DNA of 64,000 nucleotides from Acidimicrobiia bacterium (GTDB lineage Bacteria; Actinomycetota; Acidimicrobiia; Spongiisociales; Spongiisociaceae): contig JBFGLM010000005.1 in assembly GCA_041576165.1 (NCBI GenBank), forward strand, positions 1 to 64,000, written 5' to 3'. The position numbers were made by a program, and so were the translations under genes. The notes under the pieces are model-generated. The model was given only the letters and a program-made list of their open reading frames with translations, was not told where the DNA came from and made no database searches. Shown here piece by piece: positions 32,322-44,000 of the stretch. Position 1 is the first letter of the stretch; every line of letters begins with the position of its first letter.

Positions 32322-35300
32322 GTGTCCGAAGAGGGATTCGGTTCGAACGCGCGGGTCATCTCTGCCGGCCCCCACCGCGCAGTCCTCACCGTCAACGACG
32401 ACGGTTCGCTCGAGATAGATCTGCGGGAAGACGTCGACCCACGCCTCGTCGACGACCCGGCCGCGTGGCGCCGGTTGCTCGCCGATCTTGCCCCCGGCCT
32501 GGCGATCGTTCCGCTGCCGACCGGATCTCCGGCAATCACCCTCGCCGAGGCGGCCCTCCGCGTGCGCTGGTCGGCGCCGGCCGGCACGACCCTGCGTTAC
32601 GGGCCCGCCACCCTCGTTGTCGAGCGAGCGGTCGACCTGCTGATCGAACTGGCCGACACGTCCCAGCTGTTGATGATCGGGGACAGCGCGGTGGCGGCAT
32701 CCTCCCATCTCAGCTGGCTCGAGCCGGGGCGTGAGTTCCTCGAGGTGTACCCCGCCGATACCGGCACCTTCCTGTCGGCGAACGGTCGCTTCCAGGCACC
32801 GGGCACGGAGGACGCGCCCGCCACGCTGCTGGAGTTCGACCCGCTGGGAAACGATGTCCCACAATTCCTGGTGGACGCCGAACTCGAGACCGTGGCCTCG
32901 AACACCGACGCCAAGCTGCCGATCCTCCGCAATGCCGCCCCGTTCCAGCAGCTGGTCGCCACGTCGGTCGGGCCCGGATTGGACGGCGCCGTGGCCACCC
33001 GGCTGCAGATCGACGTCGGACGGCTGGTTCCGAGCCCCACCCTCACCAACCACTCGCTACTGGATGCGCGACACCTGGCTCTTACAGTCGACCATGGCGC
33101 CGGCTTTCCGCTACTGGCGTCGCCGGAGGGCGTCGCTTTCTCGTATCCGGTCGATCCAGGTGCGTCGGAAGGGCCCCTCCGCTGGAGCTTCGAGCGAGAC
33201 GATGGCGCGGCCGACGAGCCGCTATTCGTCCTGGCCACCGACAACGCCGACCATCGCCTCGTGCTCGCCAAGGGGGTGACGGCTCGGCTCATGTATCACG
33301 GAGTCAGTCGCGACCCGATCCGGTTCATCGTCGAGAGGTTCGAGATAACCCGCAAAGGCGTCACCGCCGACGCACGGGTGGCGGACGATCCGGTGCGGCT
33401 GAATGGCGTGGACACCAGCTTCCGGTTCACCGACGGTCTGATCCAGATCCGCGATGGGGTGATCGCCGACTTCACGCTGCGCGGCTCGGGTCCACTGCCG
33501 CCGGCCCTCGTCGGACAGGGCACCGCCGACGTTTCGATCCGTTTCTCGGACACAGCGGGTGGCGTCGCCCCGGTGGATGCGGGAGCTGCGCTCACCGAGG
33601 ACCGGCCGTTGTTCAGCCCGGACGTCCTGTTCGAGTACGCAGTCGACGCTCTTGGCCTGCAATTCGTCGAGGAAGCGGAGGCCTTCCACTTTTACTTCAC
33701 TATGTCGGGCAACGCCACGTTCTCTCCGGGACCCGACTACCCCTCCACCAACCTGCTGGCCCAGCTTGACGTCGCCACTGTCGGTCTCATCGACGCGCCT
33801 CTGGCGGGCGACGCATCGGTGCTCGCCCGCCACATTTCTTTCACGGTCGAGCTGGCGGAACCCGCCAGTTTCGCCGTGCTCGGTTGCTTCGACATGCAGA
33901 TCCAGGCGGTCGGCTTCCATCCGTCGTACTACCCGTTTGACGGTGACGCCGGCCTCGAGCTGGCCGGCCAGGTCAAGTTCGCGGACGGCGAAGGCGACAA
34001 GGCCCTAGGGGTGGAGAGCCGGCACAAACTGGTCATCGGAGCACCCGCGCCCGGCACGTTCGTTCCGCGGGTGCATTTCGTCGAGCTGGCGATCGTCGTC
34101 GAGAAGGGCGACGCTTTCAAGCTCGATGTCGTCGTCAACTTCTACGACGACGAAGACCGGGCCGGGTTCGATGGAGAAGGAACCTTGGAGATCAAGGGGC
34201 TCCCCGGCCTAGCGGTTGCGGTCGGATTCATGCGGGTCCGCCGGCCGGTCGACGACAAGTGGCTGCGGGCGTGGTTCATCGCGGCCAACGTGTCGAAGCT
34301 CACCCTGCGGGTGCCCGTGCTCGAGTTCTACCTGCGGGAGATCGGCCTCGGTTTCGGCTACCGCTACACCCTGGCCTCAATCGCGGCGGCCGACGAGACC
34401 GACGATGTCGGCGACTTGCTCGAACGACTCCGGGAGCTGTCCCGCAGCCAGGGTGACCTGGCGACACGGGATGCTTGGGCCGTCAGCCTGGAGGAACCGG
34501 AGGCCGATCCGCGTTGGACCATCGCGCTCCGCGCCCTGTTCTCCCAGTCCGCATCGCCGTCCTCCACGCCGATCCGCTGGAACGAAGCTGCGGAAAAGAA
34601 CGTGCCGTCGGCGTTCTTGTTCGACGTCGTCGCTTCAATTCGCTCGGACCTCGTGTTCTTCATCGCCGCCCGGGCGTGGATCAACACGAACTACTACGAC
34701 TACGTGATGGATGTGGACGAGGCGATCCGGTCGAAGCCGTTGTTCACCGGATTTGCGCTGCTCGAGCCACGCAAGCAGCGGTTCCTGGCCCAGATCGCAT
34801 CCAATCCCGAAGGGTATCTCGGATCACGGCCACCACTCCCAGATTTCATTCAGGCCGCGCTTCGTAACGGGCAGTTCGCTGCAACAGTCCTCATTGAGCC
34901 GAACCTGTTCCATGCCGAACTGGGCTGGCCCAACCAGCTGCGCTGGGGTATGGATTTCGGGCCGCTACGCGCTCAGGTGCGGGCCGGTCTCATCTACCGG
35001 ATTGCCCAACGGGGGAGCACCACGGACCTGGTCATCGGTATCAGCTATCTGGCGCGCGCCTCGATGCGGTTCAGCGCCGGCGTCAGCGTCGGTGTAGCCG
35101 GGGTCGATCTCATCGCGACCGCCGATGGCAGTTTCGGCGCCAGGCTGATTGCGGCGGCCCAACTCGGCAGTGGTCGAAGCGCGATGCAAATCTATGGCGC
35201 AGTGGGTGTCGACATCCGGATCAGGATCGAACTGCGGGTCTGGATCGAGTTCCTGTTCATAACGAAGACGTGGACGTTCGCGTTGGAGATGCAGTTCACG

Positions 35301-38300
35301 GCCAGCCTCGAGTTCGGCGTGATCGTTGACGGCGCCACCACGGCCGGTATCCGGGGCCGGGGAACGCTGCGCATCCGGGTCCTGGGTCGGTCGTTCGAGG
35401 TGCGGGCCCGGATCGAGTCGGGTGGGAGCCGGGTCGACTCGGCCCGTAGTGCCACCGAGCGCTACCTGAGCATTGGTCTCGAAGCGGATGAAGAGGCGAC
35501 CCGAGCGATACCGGGAACCCGGCCGGCGCAGGCTGCCGCCGGGAACGGCCGGCGCCGGGTCGAGACCGCGGTCGCAGCCATGCCGGCCGAGGCCACTACC
35601 GAAGCGCCAGTGAAAGAACCGGAGCCCCAGCTGAGCGCGGCCCGGTACGACGTATTCGTGGTGCGGCCGGCCAACCCGGGCGACCCGGCCTTTGCGCTGC
35701 TATACCCGTCCGGGGATGAAGGGTTTGTTCCCGTCCCACCGGCGGATTCGAGTATGGGGGACTTCCGGCTGGACGTTCCTGAGGGCGTCACCAGCCTGGA
35801 ACGATGGGAGCCGCAATCGAGCGACTTCGTTGTGGCCGGCACCGGATCTCATGAGTGGTCGGCCGACTGGGTCACCAAGATCGCCTCCCGCGACGAAGTC
35901 GAGAACCCGCCCGAAGACGCTCGGGACGTGACGCTGGGCGTTTACCTGGAACCGGCATTCGTGGAGGGCGGTGATCCGCCCCCGCTGGTCGTGGATGCGT
36001 CGCTGTCCGACGGCCGCGTCAAGGCGCCCAGCGAGGCGGCGTATGAGTCTGCCGTCCGGGGCGCCTTCGAGCAGTTCCGCAACTCGCCCCTGTTCAAGCC
36101 CGACCCCGACTCCACATACGAGCGAGCGCTGAGCAACGCGCTGAACCCAAAGACGACCATCTATCCCGAGCAAACCGACGACGACGGACTCGCCGGTCCG
36201 ATCGAGGGAGCCCGCCAGTACCGGGGGATGGTGGTGCACAACATGGTCGATGACGTTCGGGCGTATGCCGCCGGGGACAACTCGGTGGTGGGAACCTCTC
36301 CGGCGTTCCTGCTGGGGCTGGTGCTGCGAGTCGACGCCGGCAGCGACTGGCTGGCCGGAGAGGGCGGCGATCATGTGCCGGCGCTCGGGCAGCGGGTCGG
36401 GCCCGCCACGGCGAGCGAGCCGCAACCGTTGCGGGTCTTCAACCGGGTTCGTGACGACTTCGCCCAGCGTCCGCCGCGCCTCGAGGACATGCGTACCTTC
36501 ACCGACGCCACCACCGTGGCGTTCTCGTGGGACCTGGTGTGGGACGGCGAACCGAGCGAGTCCGATGAACGGGATGAGCCGGAGCACCACCTGGCCCATT
36601 ACCAGGTGACGCGTAGGGCGCTGGACGACGGCATGGATCAGATGACCACAACCGTCAAGCCGGCCGACGTGCTCGAGGCCGGGACCGCGGATGACCCGTT
36701 CAGCGTGCGGGCGTTGCGACCCCGATTCCAGTTCGTCGACCATTTCGGGCACGAAACCGACGCGGAGATCGCGGCACTGCCGGCGTCCGGCAAAAGCTAC
36801 ATCTACACCATCACGCCGGTCGATCTCAACGGTTCGCAGGGCCGTGGCGTGTCCGTGATCGCAACCCGGTATCCGAACGAGCCGCCGGCGGTCCCGGTCG
36901 ACACCGACCTGGCCGTCACCTATCAGATCACTGCCGGCTCTTTTGAGGCAGTCGAAAGTGCTCGACCGCCGGCGTTCGAGCCTGACCGGATCCGGATCAG
37001 CTGGACGCGCCCCACCATTCCGGTGGGCGCCCCCATCGTCGCGATCGGGGAACACCGGTTGGTTTTCCGCCGGATGGAGACGATGGCGATCGGCAGCTAC
37101 GGAATCGACGCAGCGACCACGGGAGACTTGCCCAGCAGCAACGCCCGGGTCCGGCCCGACGACATCGTGATGGAGATAGAACCCGGCGAGCCGGATCGGA
37201 TGGGCCGGCACGAAACCGAGCTGATGCTCGACGATCTCCGGACGGCCGGAGTGTTCCCGGCCGAGGCGTGGCTGGCCGAGGGCTGGCGCGTGTTCATCCA
37301 GACCGTCTCCGCCGCAGAGGTGCCGTCGGCGCTGGTCCCGGTGAAAGTCCTGCTGCGGTTCGAAGGGGATGGTCACAGCGAAGAGCGGCACCCATCCCAT
37401 CTCGAATGGATCACCCGCCCCCTCGACTTTCCTGCTGTCACACCGCAGGACGGGTCGGCCAGGCCCATGCTGGTGCATGTGCCACAGCCGCGCGCCGGCG
37501 ACGGGGACCTCGACGCCGCATACGGTCCACATCCGGCCGGGCGACGGGCGGTGCGGGTGAGATGGAACCAGGCTCCTTCCAGCCCGGGCGAGACCCGATA
37601 CCCGACCGCATTGAGCGGCGGGTTCCAGGTGTTCCGGCTCGACGTGGATGCGCAAGGGCCGGCCACGTTTGCCGATGCGGCCGGCCTCACGGCAGCTCTC
37701 GAACGCATCGATGAGGTCCGGCTGCAACCGCCCGACGAGATGGGGCTGGTACCCAGTACCACCCTGACGCCCGCTGAATGGGAGGCCTGGTACCCCGACC
37801 AGAGTGCGACCCGCGACTGGTCCGGGCACCGGCTGCGCTGGCCTGTGCGTCATGACGAGTCCTTGCGCGGCCGGGCGTCATCGGTACCGGAGTTCATCCA
37901 TCCGCTGCTGCGGCACATCGTGGCCGCAATCGACGAGCGCTACATCGTGAATCTGCAGGCCGGCCGGCCGTTGAACGCGGGCACTTTGGAAGAACTGATG
38001 AGCGTGACCGCCCCGGCGGCGGACCCGTACGGCTGGGCGCTGCTCCAGCACCTGGGTCTGAGCGTTGCCCTCTCGTTGCGTGACACCCAAACCGGGCAGG
38101 TTGTGACCGGCGACCGGCTCCGCAACGTGGTTGCAGCCGCCGTTGAACAAGCCCGGGCCGCGCCGGCCGTGTCGGAGGAGGAAGAGGCGGTCGTGGACCA
38201 CGGCGCCGCCCCCCACCTGGTCACGGAACTGCTATTCAAGTCGGATGCTGCGGTTGGCGCCGCTCCCGCCCCGGCGGCACCCGAGCAGCTGCTGGCACTG

Positions 38301-41057
38301 ATCCAGCTCAGCCTGCGGCCCCTGGTGGTGGCGATCCCACCTGAGGCCACCGAAGCCGATCGTGCCCGGCTGATTCAGAGCGAGCGTGAAGGGCTGGCGC
38401 AAAACGCCGAACATCTCCAGCTGGCCGAGGAGCTGCGCCGGATTGCTCTTGACGAACCGGCACAGGTCGAGACCTGGCTGCACCGGTTCGTCGTCACCGC
38501 CTCGCCCGAACAGGCGCAGAGCCCGCCCATTGCCACGGCGTACCCGCGTCCTAGCGCACCGGCGATCGCCAGCCCCGACCCGAGCGGACGTGTGACTTAT
38601 CACGACCTGATCACCGACGGGTGGGCCCACGCCTACCGCTACTACCTGCAGCCCTACAGCCGCTACGACCGGCTGTGGGCCAGCCTCGCCGGTGCTCCCG
38701 GTTTTGCCCACCTGGCCGAGGGCTCGAGCGTGCGACGGCCGACCGATCCGCCGGCAGTGGACCCCGAGGCCGGCGGCATCGACGCCGTGCTGGAACGCAC
38801 CGCACCGCTCGCCGCACCGGTGATCATCAGCTCGACCCGGATCGACACGAAGGCCGAAAGCCCGGCGACCACCACTTCGCCGGGGCGCACATGGGAAGTG
38901 GCGCTGGCGCAGCACCCGGAACAGGTGCTCTCGGAACGCAACCGCACTCTGTCCAGGCTGCTGGACTACCGCCAGATCGCGTTCACGATCTTGCGACGCT
39001 TCGTCGCAGACGTCGAAGCCCTGAGCAGCGTGCAGATCAACCCCGACGACATCGCGCTCCCCGGACCGGTCCGTCAGGAATTGCCCGAATCTGTTGGACT
39101 GGACCACATTGACCTGAACGCGCTGACGGATCACGACCGCGCCACGCTGGCTCTGCCCGAACGGATCGGGGGCTTCGGTGCGGGGGCACTGGCCGTCCAA
39201 ATCGACCACCTGCCGTTCTATTACGAACACGCCCTGATCGCGGTAGCCCAGACTTCAGAACTCGCCTCCGCCCCGGTGAGCACGATCCATCGCGAGTTCG
39301 GATACCGGTCCCCGGCCGCGGCAGGCAGCATGAGCGTGGTGAGTGACCCGGAGATGGGACCCCAGCGCCACATCGCAGTGCCGCTGGCCCGGTTCTGGGA
39401 CGCTCTGACCGAGGAGCAGCAAGGGCTGTGGCCGGCTGAGGAGCCGGAATCGGCCGTGCGGCGTCCGGGCGCAGTGCCGGATCCGGACGTGTCATACGAG
39501 ATCCTGCTGGCGGTGAACGGCACGGTCAGCATGGTGGCCCGCGTCTACTTCGACCGGCCCGATGGAGTTGAGTCGGCGGGACCCGGCTGGAGAGTGGCGC
39601 CCGCCGGCGAGGACTTCCCGGTTCGTCAGGCCGGCGCAATTCTCGCCAGCGCCGATCTGGCCGCGCGGGACCGGTCGGTCGTCGTGGAGATCGGTCCATC
39701 CGGGATCCAGCCCCACCCGCCCAGTTTGGTATGGGTGAGTGCATCCACGGTGGTGCCCGACGCGGCCGGCGCGGCCCTCGACGTGGCACCCCGCGACGCC
39801 TGGAACGTGGCGCTCTACGGCAGAGATTCGATCGATCTGTCCGGCGTTGTGGTCGTACCAGCCCTCGCCCCGGCCCTGGCGCGGGTGGCGTCGATGGCCG
39901 AGAAGGAGGAAGTCGTCACGACCACCTTCGACCCCACGCGGCCGCTGCCACCCATCGACGCGCTCATGGGCGACATCGACGACGTCTCGTATGTGGCCTT
40001 CGAGTGGACGCTACCGCCCGACGATGAGTCGGTGGCGCGCTTTGGCGAGGCGCTGAGCGGCGGCGTCATGCCCGAGCGAATCTCCGAACCCCTGGTGCGC
40101 CTCCACGAACGGCTACGAGCCATGCAGGAGCCGATCGTCGAGGAGGTGGGAGTGAGCTTCGAAGAACTCTTCCCCGACGACACTCTGCAGCGGCCCGAGG
40201 ACAATCTGGTTGTCTGGACGGGCGAGCCGAGTCTGATGCGGGAGATCGATTCGATCATCACCCGTCTCCCCAGCCTCGGCCTGGATGCCGCCGAGGCTGC
40301 CGGCCAGCTGATCGACCAACTGCAGCGGCTGCCGGATGCATTCGTGGAGCTGTGGGGACGTGACACCCTCGCCGCGGATCTTGGAGGGGACGATGCCGAG
40401 TCCCTGCTCGACGCCTTCGCCGGCGCGCCGCCCGAAGTATTCGACGTGGCCGAGCGACTCATCAGCGATGCTGATCTCCGGGCTCGACTGCGCGAGGTCA
40501 TGGCCGAGCATCCGGGCAAGCGGATCACCGTCGCCCACGACGGCGTCCGCCCGCGGCCGAGTCCCGATCAGGTGGCCGGGGCGACCGACAACAGGCTGCG
40601 GCTGGCGGGCGGCGTGCTCACCTGGCAGGGCTTCGCCAACGAGCATCACCTCGAGATGCTACGCGGGCTGAATGGCGACCCGGACTTCTTGCGCGGCGTC
40701 CACCAGGTGGCCGACCGGATCGAATCGGAGCACCTGCCACCACTGCGGGTGGAGACGGGTGCCGCCGTGCCCGTGACAGCCGGCCTCGAGGGCACCGACG
40801 CCGAACACCGGCTGGTCGTGTCGCCGTTCGTTTGGCGCCAGGACAGGTTTCTCGACCTGGCGGACGCGACGGCTGCGGCCCGGGTGGCCGCGCCGGCGGA
40901 TCGAGCCGCCATCGAGCTGCAGTTCCGGCAAGCCCTCCTCCACGATCTGGGATCTGGAACATTCCAAATCCGGGCTCGGCGGGCGGGTGCTGAGCCGAGC
41001 TCACGGTTGCCGATCGAGATACCGAGCGTCTCCGGGGGAGGAGCATCGAATGGCTGA
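32322..41057 (+). CDS. Giant hypothetical protein, 2911 aa: beta-rich N-terminal ~1050 aa, FN3-like middle region
   Basis: 8.7 kb uninterrupted ORF with strong GC3 bias; GGGAGG before GTG; FN3-like pattern (VAFSW…HYQVTRR…SYIYTITPVDLNG…PPAVP); no signal peptide visible. Confidence 0.92.
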   Translation: MSEEGFGSNARVISAGPHRAVLTVNDDGSLEIDLREDVDPRLVDDPAAWRRLLADLAPGLAIVPLPTGSPAITLAEAALRVRWSAPAGTTLRYGPATLVVERAVDLLIELADTSQLLMIGDSAVAASSHLSWLEPGREFLEVYPADTGTFLSANGRFQAPGTEDAPATLLEFDPLGNDVPQFLVDAELETVASNTDAKLPILRNAAPFQQLVATSVGPGLDGAVATRLQIDVGRLVPSPTLTNHSLLDARHLALTVDHGAGFPLLASPEGVAFSYPVDPGASEGPLRWSFERDDGAADEPLFVLATDNADHRLVLAKGVTARLMYHGVSRDPIRFIVERFEITRKGVTADARVADDPVRLNGVDTSFRFTDGLIQIRDGVIADFTLRGSGPLPPALVGQGTADVSIRFSDTAGGVAPVDAGAALTEDRPLFSPDVLFEYAVDALGLQFVEEAEAFHFYFTMSGNATFSPGPDYPSTNLLAQLDVATVGLIDAPLAGDASVLARHISFTVELAEPASFAVLGCFDMQIQAVGFHPSYYPFDGDAGLELAGQVKFADGEGDKALGVESRHKLVIGAPAPGTFVPRVHFVELAIVVEKGDAFKLDVVVNFYDDEDRAGFDGEGTLEIKGLPGLAVAVGFMRVRRPVDDKWLRAWFIAANVSKLTLRVPVLEFYLREIGLGFGYRYTLASIAAADETDDVGDLLERLRELSRSQGDLATRDAWAVSLEEPEADPRWTIALRALFSQSASPSSTPIRWNEAAEKNVPSAFLFDVVASIRSDLVFFIAARAWINTNYYDYVMDVDEAIRSKPLFTGFALLEPRKQRFLAQIASNPEGYLGSRPPLPDFIQAALRNGQFAATVLIEPNLFHAELGWPNQLRWGMDFGPLRAQVRAGLIYRIAQRGSTTDLVIGISYLARASMRFSAGVSVGVAGVDLIATADGSFGARLIAAAQLGSGRSAMQIYGAVGVDIRIRIELRVWIEFLFITKTWTFALEMQFTASLEFGVIVDGATTAGIRGRGTLRIRVLGRSFEVRARIESGGSRVDSARSATERYLSIGLEADEEATRAIPGTRPAQAAAGNGRRRVETAVAAMPAEATTEAPVKEPEPQLSAARYDVFVVRPANPGDPAFALLYPSGDEGFVPVPPADSSMGDFRLDVPEGVTSLERWEPQSSDFVVAGTGSHEWSADWVTKIASRDEVENPPEDARDVTLGVYLEPAFVEGGDPPPLVVDASLSDGRVKAPSEAAYESAVRGAFEQFRNSPLFKPDPDSTYERALSNALNPKTTIYPEQTDDDGLAGPIEGARQYRGMVVHNMVDDVRAYAAGDNSVVGTSPAFLLGLVLRVDAGSDWLAGEGGDHVPALGQRVGPATASEPQPLRVFNRVRDDFAQRPPRLEDMRTFTDATTVAFSWDLVWDGEPSESDERDEPEHHLAHYQVTRRALDDGMDQMTTTVKPADVLEAGTADDPFSVRALRPRFQFVDHFGHETDAEIAALPASGKSYIYTITPVDLNGSQGRGVSVIATRYPNEPPAVPVDTDLAVTYQITAGSFEAVESARPPAFEPDRIRISWTRPTIPVGAPIVAIGEHRLVFRRMETMAIGSYGIDAATTGDLPSSNARVRPDDIVMEIEPGEPDRMGRHETELMLDDLRTAGVFPAEAWLAEGWRVFIQTVSAAEVPSALVPVKVLLRFEGDGHSEERHPSHLEWITRPLDFPAVTPQDGSARPMLVHVPQPRAGDGDLDAAYGPHPAGRRAVRVRWNQAPSSPGETRYPTALSGGFQVFRLDVDAQGPATFADAAGLTAALERIDEVRLQPPDEMGLVPSTTLTPAEWEAWYPDQSATRDWSGHRLRWPVRHDESLRGRASSVPEFIHPLLRHIVAAIDERYIVNLQAGRPLNAGTLEELMSVTAPAADPYGWALLQHLGLSVALSLRDTQTGQVVTGDRLRNVVAAAVEQARAAPAVSEEEEAVVDHGAAPHLVTELLFKSDAAVGAAPAPAAPEQLLALIQLSLRPLVVAIPPEATEADRARLIQSEREGLAQNAEHLQLAEELRRIALDEPAQVETWLHRFVVTASPEQAQSPPIATAYPRPSAPAIASPDPSGRVTYHDLITDGWAHAYRYYLQPYSRYDRLWASLAGAPGFAHLAEGSSVRRPTDPPAVDPEAGGIDAVLERTAPLAAPVIISSTRIDTKAESPATTTSPGRTWEVALAQHPEQVLSERNRTLSRLLDYRQIAFTILRRFVADVEALSSVQINPDDIALPGPVRQELPESVGLDHIDLNALTDHDRATLALPERIGGFGAGALAVQIDHLPFYYEHALIAVAQTSELASAPVSTIHREFGYRSPAAAGSMSVVSDPEMGPQRHIAVPLARFWDALTEEQQGLWPAEEPESAVRRPGAVPDPDVSYEILLAVNGTVSMVARVYFDRPDGVESAGPGWRVAPAGEDFPVRQAGAILASADLAARDRSVVVEIGPSGIQPHPPSLVWVSASTVVPDAAGAALDVAPRDAWNVALYGRDSIDLSGVVVVPALAPALARVASMAEKEEVVTTTFDPTRPLPPIDALMGDIDDVSYVAFEWTLPPDDESVARFGEALSGGVMPERISEPLVRLHERLRAMQEPIVEEVGVSFEELFPDDTLQRPEDNLVVWTGEPSLMREIDSIITRLPSLGLDAAEAAGQLIDQLQRLPDAFVELWGRDTLAADLGGDDAESLLDAFAGAPPEVFDVAERLISDADLRARLREVMAEHPGKRITVAHDGVRPRPSPDQVAGATDNRLRLAGGVLTWQGFANEHHLEMLRGLNGDPDFLRGVHQVADRIESEHLPPLRVETGAAVPVTAGLEGTDAEHRLVVSPFVWRQDRFLDLADATAAARVAAPADRAAIELQFRQALLHDLGSGTFQIRARRAGAEPSSRLPIEIPSVSGGGASNG

Positions 41058-44000
41058 ACGATTCACGATCACAGGCCCCGGATGGTCGGCCCAGATGGAG
41101 CTTGCTCCGACTCCGGAGCGGTCCGGCGAGGCGGCCCGGCGGGCCGTGCTCGCCACACTCGACGAAGACTCCGTCACCCGGGACCTGACCGTGGTGCACG
41201 CGCACACTGTTGAGGTGTCGATCACTGCGCTGGGCAGGTCCTTCCGCTGGCGCCGCCACCCCGATGCGGCCACCCACCCGGTTGTCCTGGCGTTGACCCG
41301 CGCGTCCGAAAGTGAAGAACACCGCTGCGCGGCGGGCATGGTCGAACTCCATGCGTTGGTCGCGCAACGACAAGCGGAAGAACGCCTGTACCAGGCACTG
41401 GGCATCACCCACCCGGAGTCAGGCAGTCACATCGAGGTCCATGCCGGAGGCATAACGGTAGAGGGTGCCAGGACGCTCCCTTGGGACCAGCCGGAGCAGG
41501 TCGTAGAGGCGGGCTTCCTAGCGGAGGTGGACGGAACTCAGGTGCGCCTGACGCCTGAGATGGAGCGTCTCGATGAGACGGGCCTGAAAGGCTGGCGGGC
41601 GGCGTGGCGCCGGCTCGCGGAACAGCTCAACCCGGGGAATCCTCAAATCGGCGGAGATACCGGCGGACCGAGCTGGCTCAATCTGGAGGTCGTCGAACCC
41701 GGGTCTGTGCCGGAAATGTCATGGCGCCTCAGCAGGGACGGCTCCGAGCGTTTCCATCTTGGGGCGGGCGCCCTCCGTGTCCTGCTCACCGAAGGCTCCC
41801 CCTACGCGTCAGATGGGGCGCGGTCAATCATGGTTCTCCAGCCGATCGACATCTCGATCGAGCGCAACCAGGCGCGGCTTACTGTCTCGGTCTCGGCTGA
41901 TTCACGACCGCAGTCCACAAGCCAGTCTGGAGGCGACACCGCAACGCTGACTGTGCGGGCAGAAGCAGCCGGCTCCGGCTGGGCCGAGACATCCGAGCTG
42001 CAGGCCGATCAGTTGGCGCCCGACCCACTGGGACTCGCCGCTCGTCTCCGGGCGGACCGGTCTATGCCCCCTCCCGAAGCCGGGAATACGAAACCGGATC
42101 CGGAGGCGCTGTGGGCGGCGCTGCCGGTTCGTGATGGGTGGCTCCAGGTTCCGATACCGAACCTCACAGAGCAGTTGCTGGTGGACGCCGGTCAGCAGCC
42201 CGAAGCGGCGCCACGCCGCGAGCTGGTGAGTTCGGGCGCCGTTGTGTTCGGCAACCGGTCGGCTCGGAGCAAAGGGCAGCAGGCGTGGAGCCTGATCGTC
42301 AACGGAACCGAATGCTTCGGCGGAGAATGGGTCGTCGAAAACGGGCGGCTCCGGAGCGCGACCGTGCGCGTCGTTGAGCCGTCGGTCGTGCTCGACGGCA
42401 TGCTGTGGATCGCCACCGAGCCGCCGTCCTCGGGCGACGCTCTGCCGGATTTGAGCAACTGGATCTCGGGCCTCCGCTCCGAGCCGCTCTACGCGGCCGG
42501 CGCCGCCGGGCGCCGCCACCAGTCCTTGATCCAGTTCGAGTCGCATCTGGTGTTCGGCAACCGCGGCGAGGGATCGGCTGAGCTGGCTGGGGCCCGGTTG
42601 ACGAGTGACGTGAACGCGGAGGCGTTGGCAGCGCTGACGGACGCGGACACCGGGGTGCTCTCGCCCGAGTTCCAGCCCGACCACCGGGCCGTCGCCTGGC
42701 TGCGTCACCCGACCCAGCCCATGATCCAGGCCCTCCCGATGACTCAAACTGCCCGCCCGGCCAACACGCCGGCAGCCAGCCGCGCCCTCTTCCCATTTGT
42801 CGCCGCCGACGAATCGGCACCTTGGTCCTTCGAGTTCCGTGGTGGGGCCGGCATGTGGCCCGAGTTGCCTCTCGATCAGCTCCGCCCGGCGCCTGCCTGG
42901 ACTGCCGCGACCGAACTGGCTGGAGTCGTCCTTTCATCCCCCGGACTGGTGCTCGAACCCGACCGGGACGGATCCGGCATGGCGCGCTTCCGCTACGACA
43001 TGCCGGCGCTTGACGAGCGAGCCGCGCTGAGCACCATCAACGAGCAGGCCGCGCCGACGCCGGCTGCGCTGACCCCCAACGACTACGAGAACCACTGGCG
43101 GACGCTGAGCGACCTGGCAGGGCAGGCCGCACTTGAAGGCGTGACCGGCTTCGCCATCGCCGCGCCTCATGGCATTCTCGGTGCAGAACAGATCAACGCT
43201 TCCGAGGCCAAGCTCGAGAATCTGGCCGGGAACACACCGCTCGACATGGACGTGACGGCCGAGTTGTCCTCGTACCCGCCTCGGCTGAGCTTTGCCATCG
43301 CCGACAGGAAGGAACAGTCGGCAGCCGGCGACGGCGTCCTCGCCATCCCGACCGGCGCCATGAACGTGTCGGGCGAGACCCTGGACATCGTGGCGGGATC
43401 GGCATCGCTACGGAGCAATGGAGTTCTGCGCGATCAGACTGGTCTGGGAAGGGCGCCTTCTACCGCCGACGGCGACCTGATCCGGACTTGGGTCCAGCCG
43501 GACGGCGCCGCCGAGGACGGGTTCGACCTCGTCTCAACGCTTCAGCCCATCGACCTCACCGCGGCTCAGGACGATGACACCTGGCACTTGTGGTTCCGCG
43601 ATCTGCCCTGCCAGCTGGCAGCCGACACGGCACGCTTCAGGCGCGACGGGTGTCCTGCCGCTCTGGCCGGCTACGAGTGGCGTCTCAACGCCGGCGCCAC
43701 CATCGCCGGGCTGGACTTCATCCCGCTCCGGCTCGAGTCGCTGGTACTGGACGGCAGCGCCGTCAGCTCCGTCTCCATCCGCGGCCGCCTGCAACTGCCC
43801 CTCCCGGGCGACGGACCGTCCGAGATCGAAGGTATGCCGAATGCCGTGATCGCCGGTTTCTCCGTCCGCGACGGCCGGTTGGCGCTGACCGGCCTCGAGG
43901 CCGCCGAGCCCGACACGACTCTCGTATGGCCGATGCGCCTGGTCGAGGGGGAGGTGGGTGGCGCCCCCATCCTCTGCTGGACCGAACTGGAGCTGAACAC

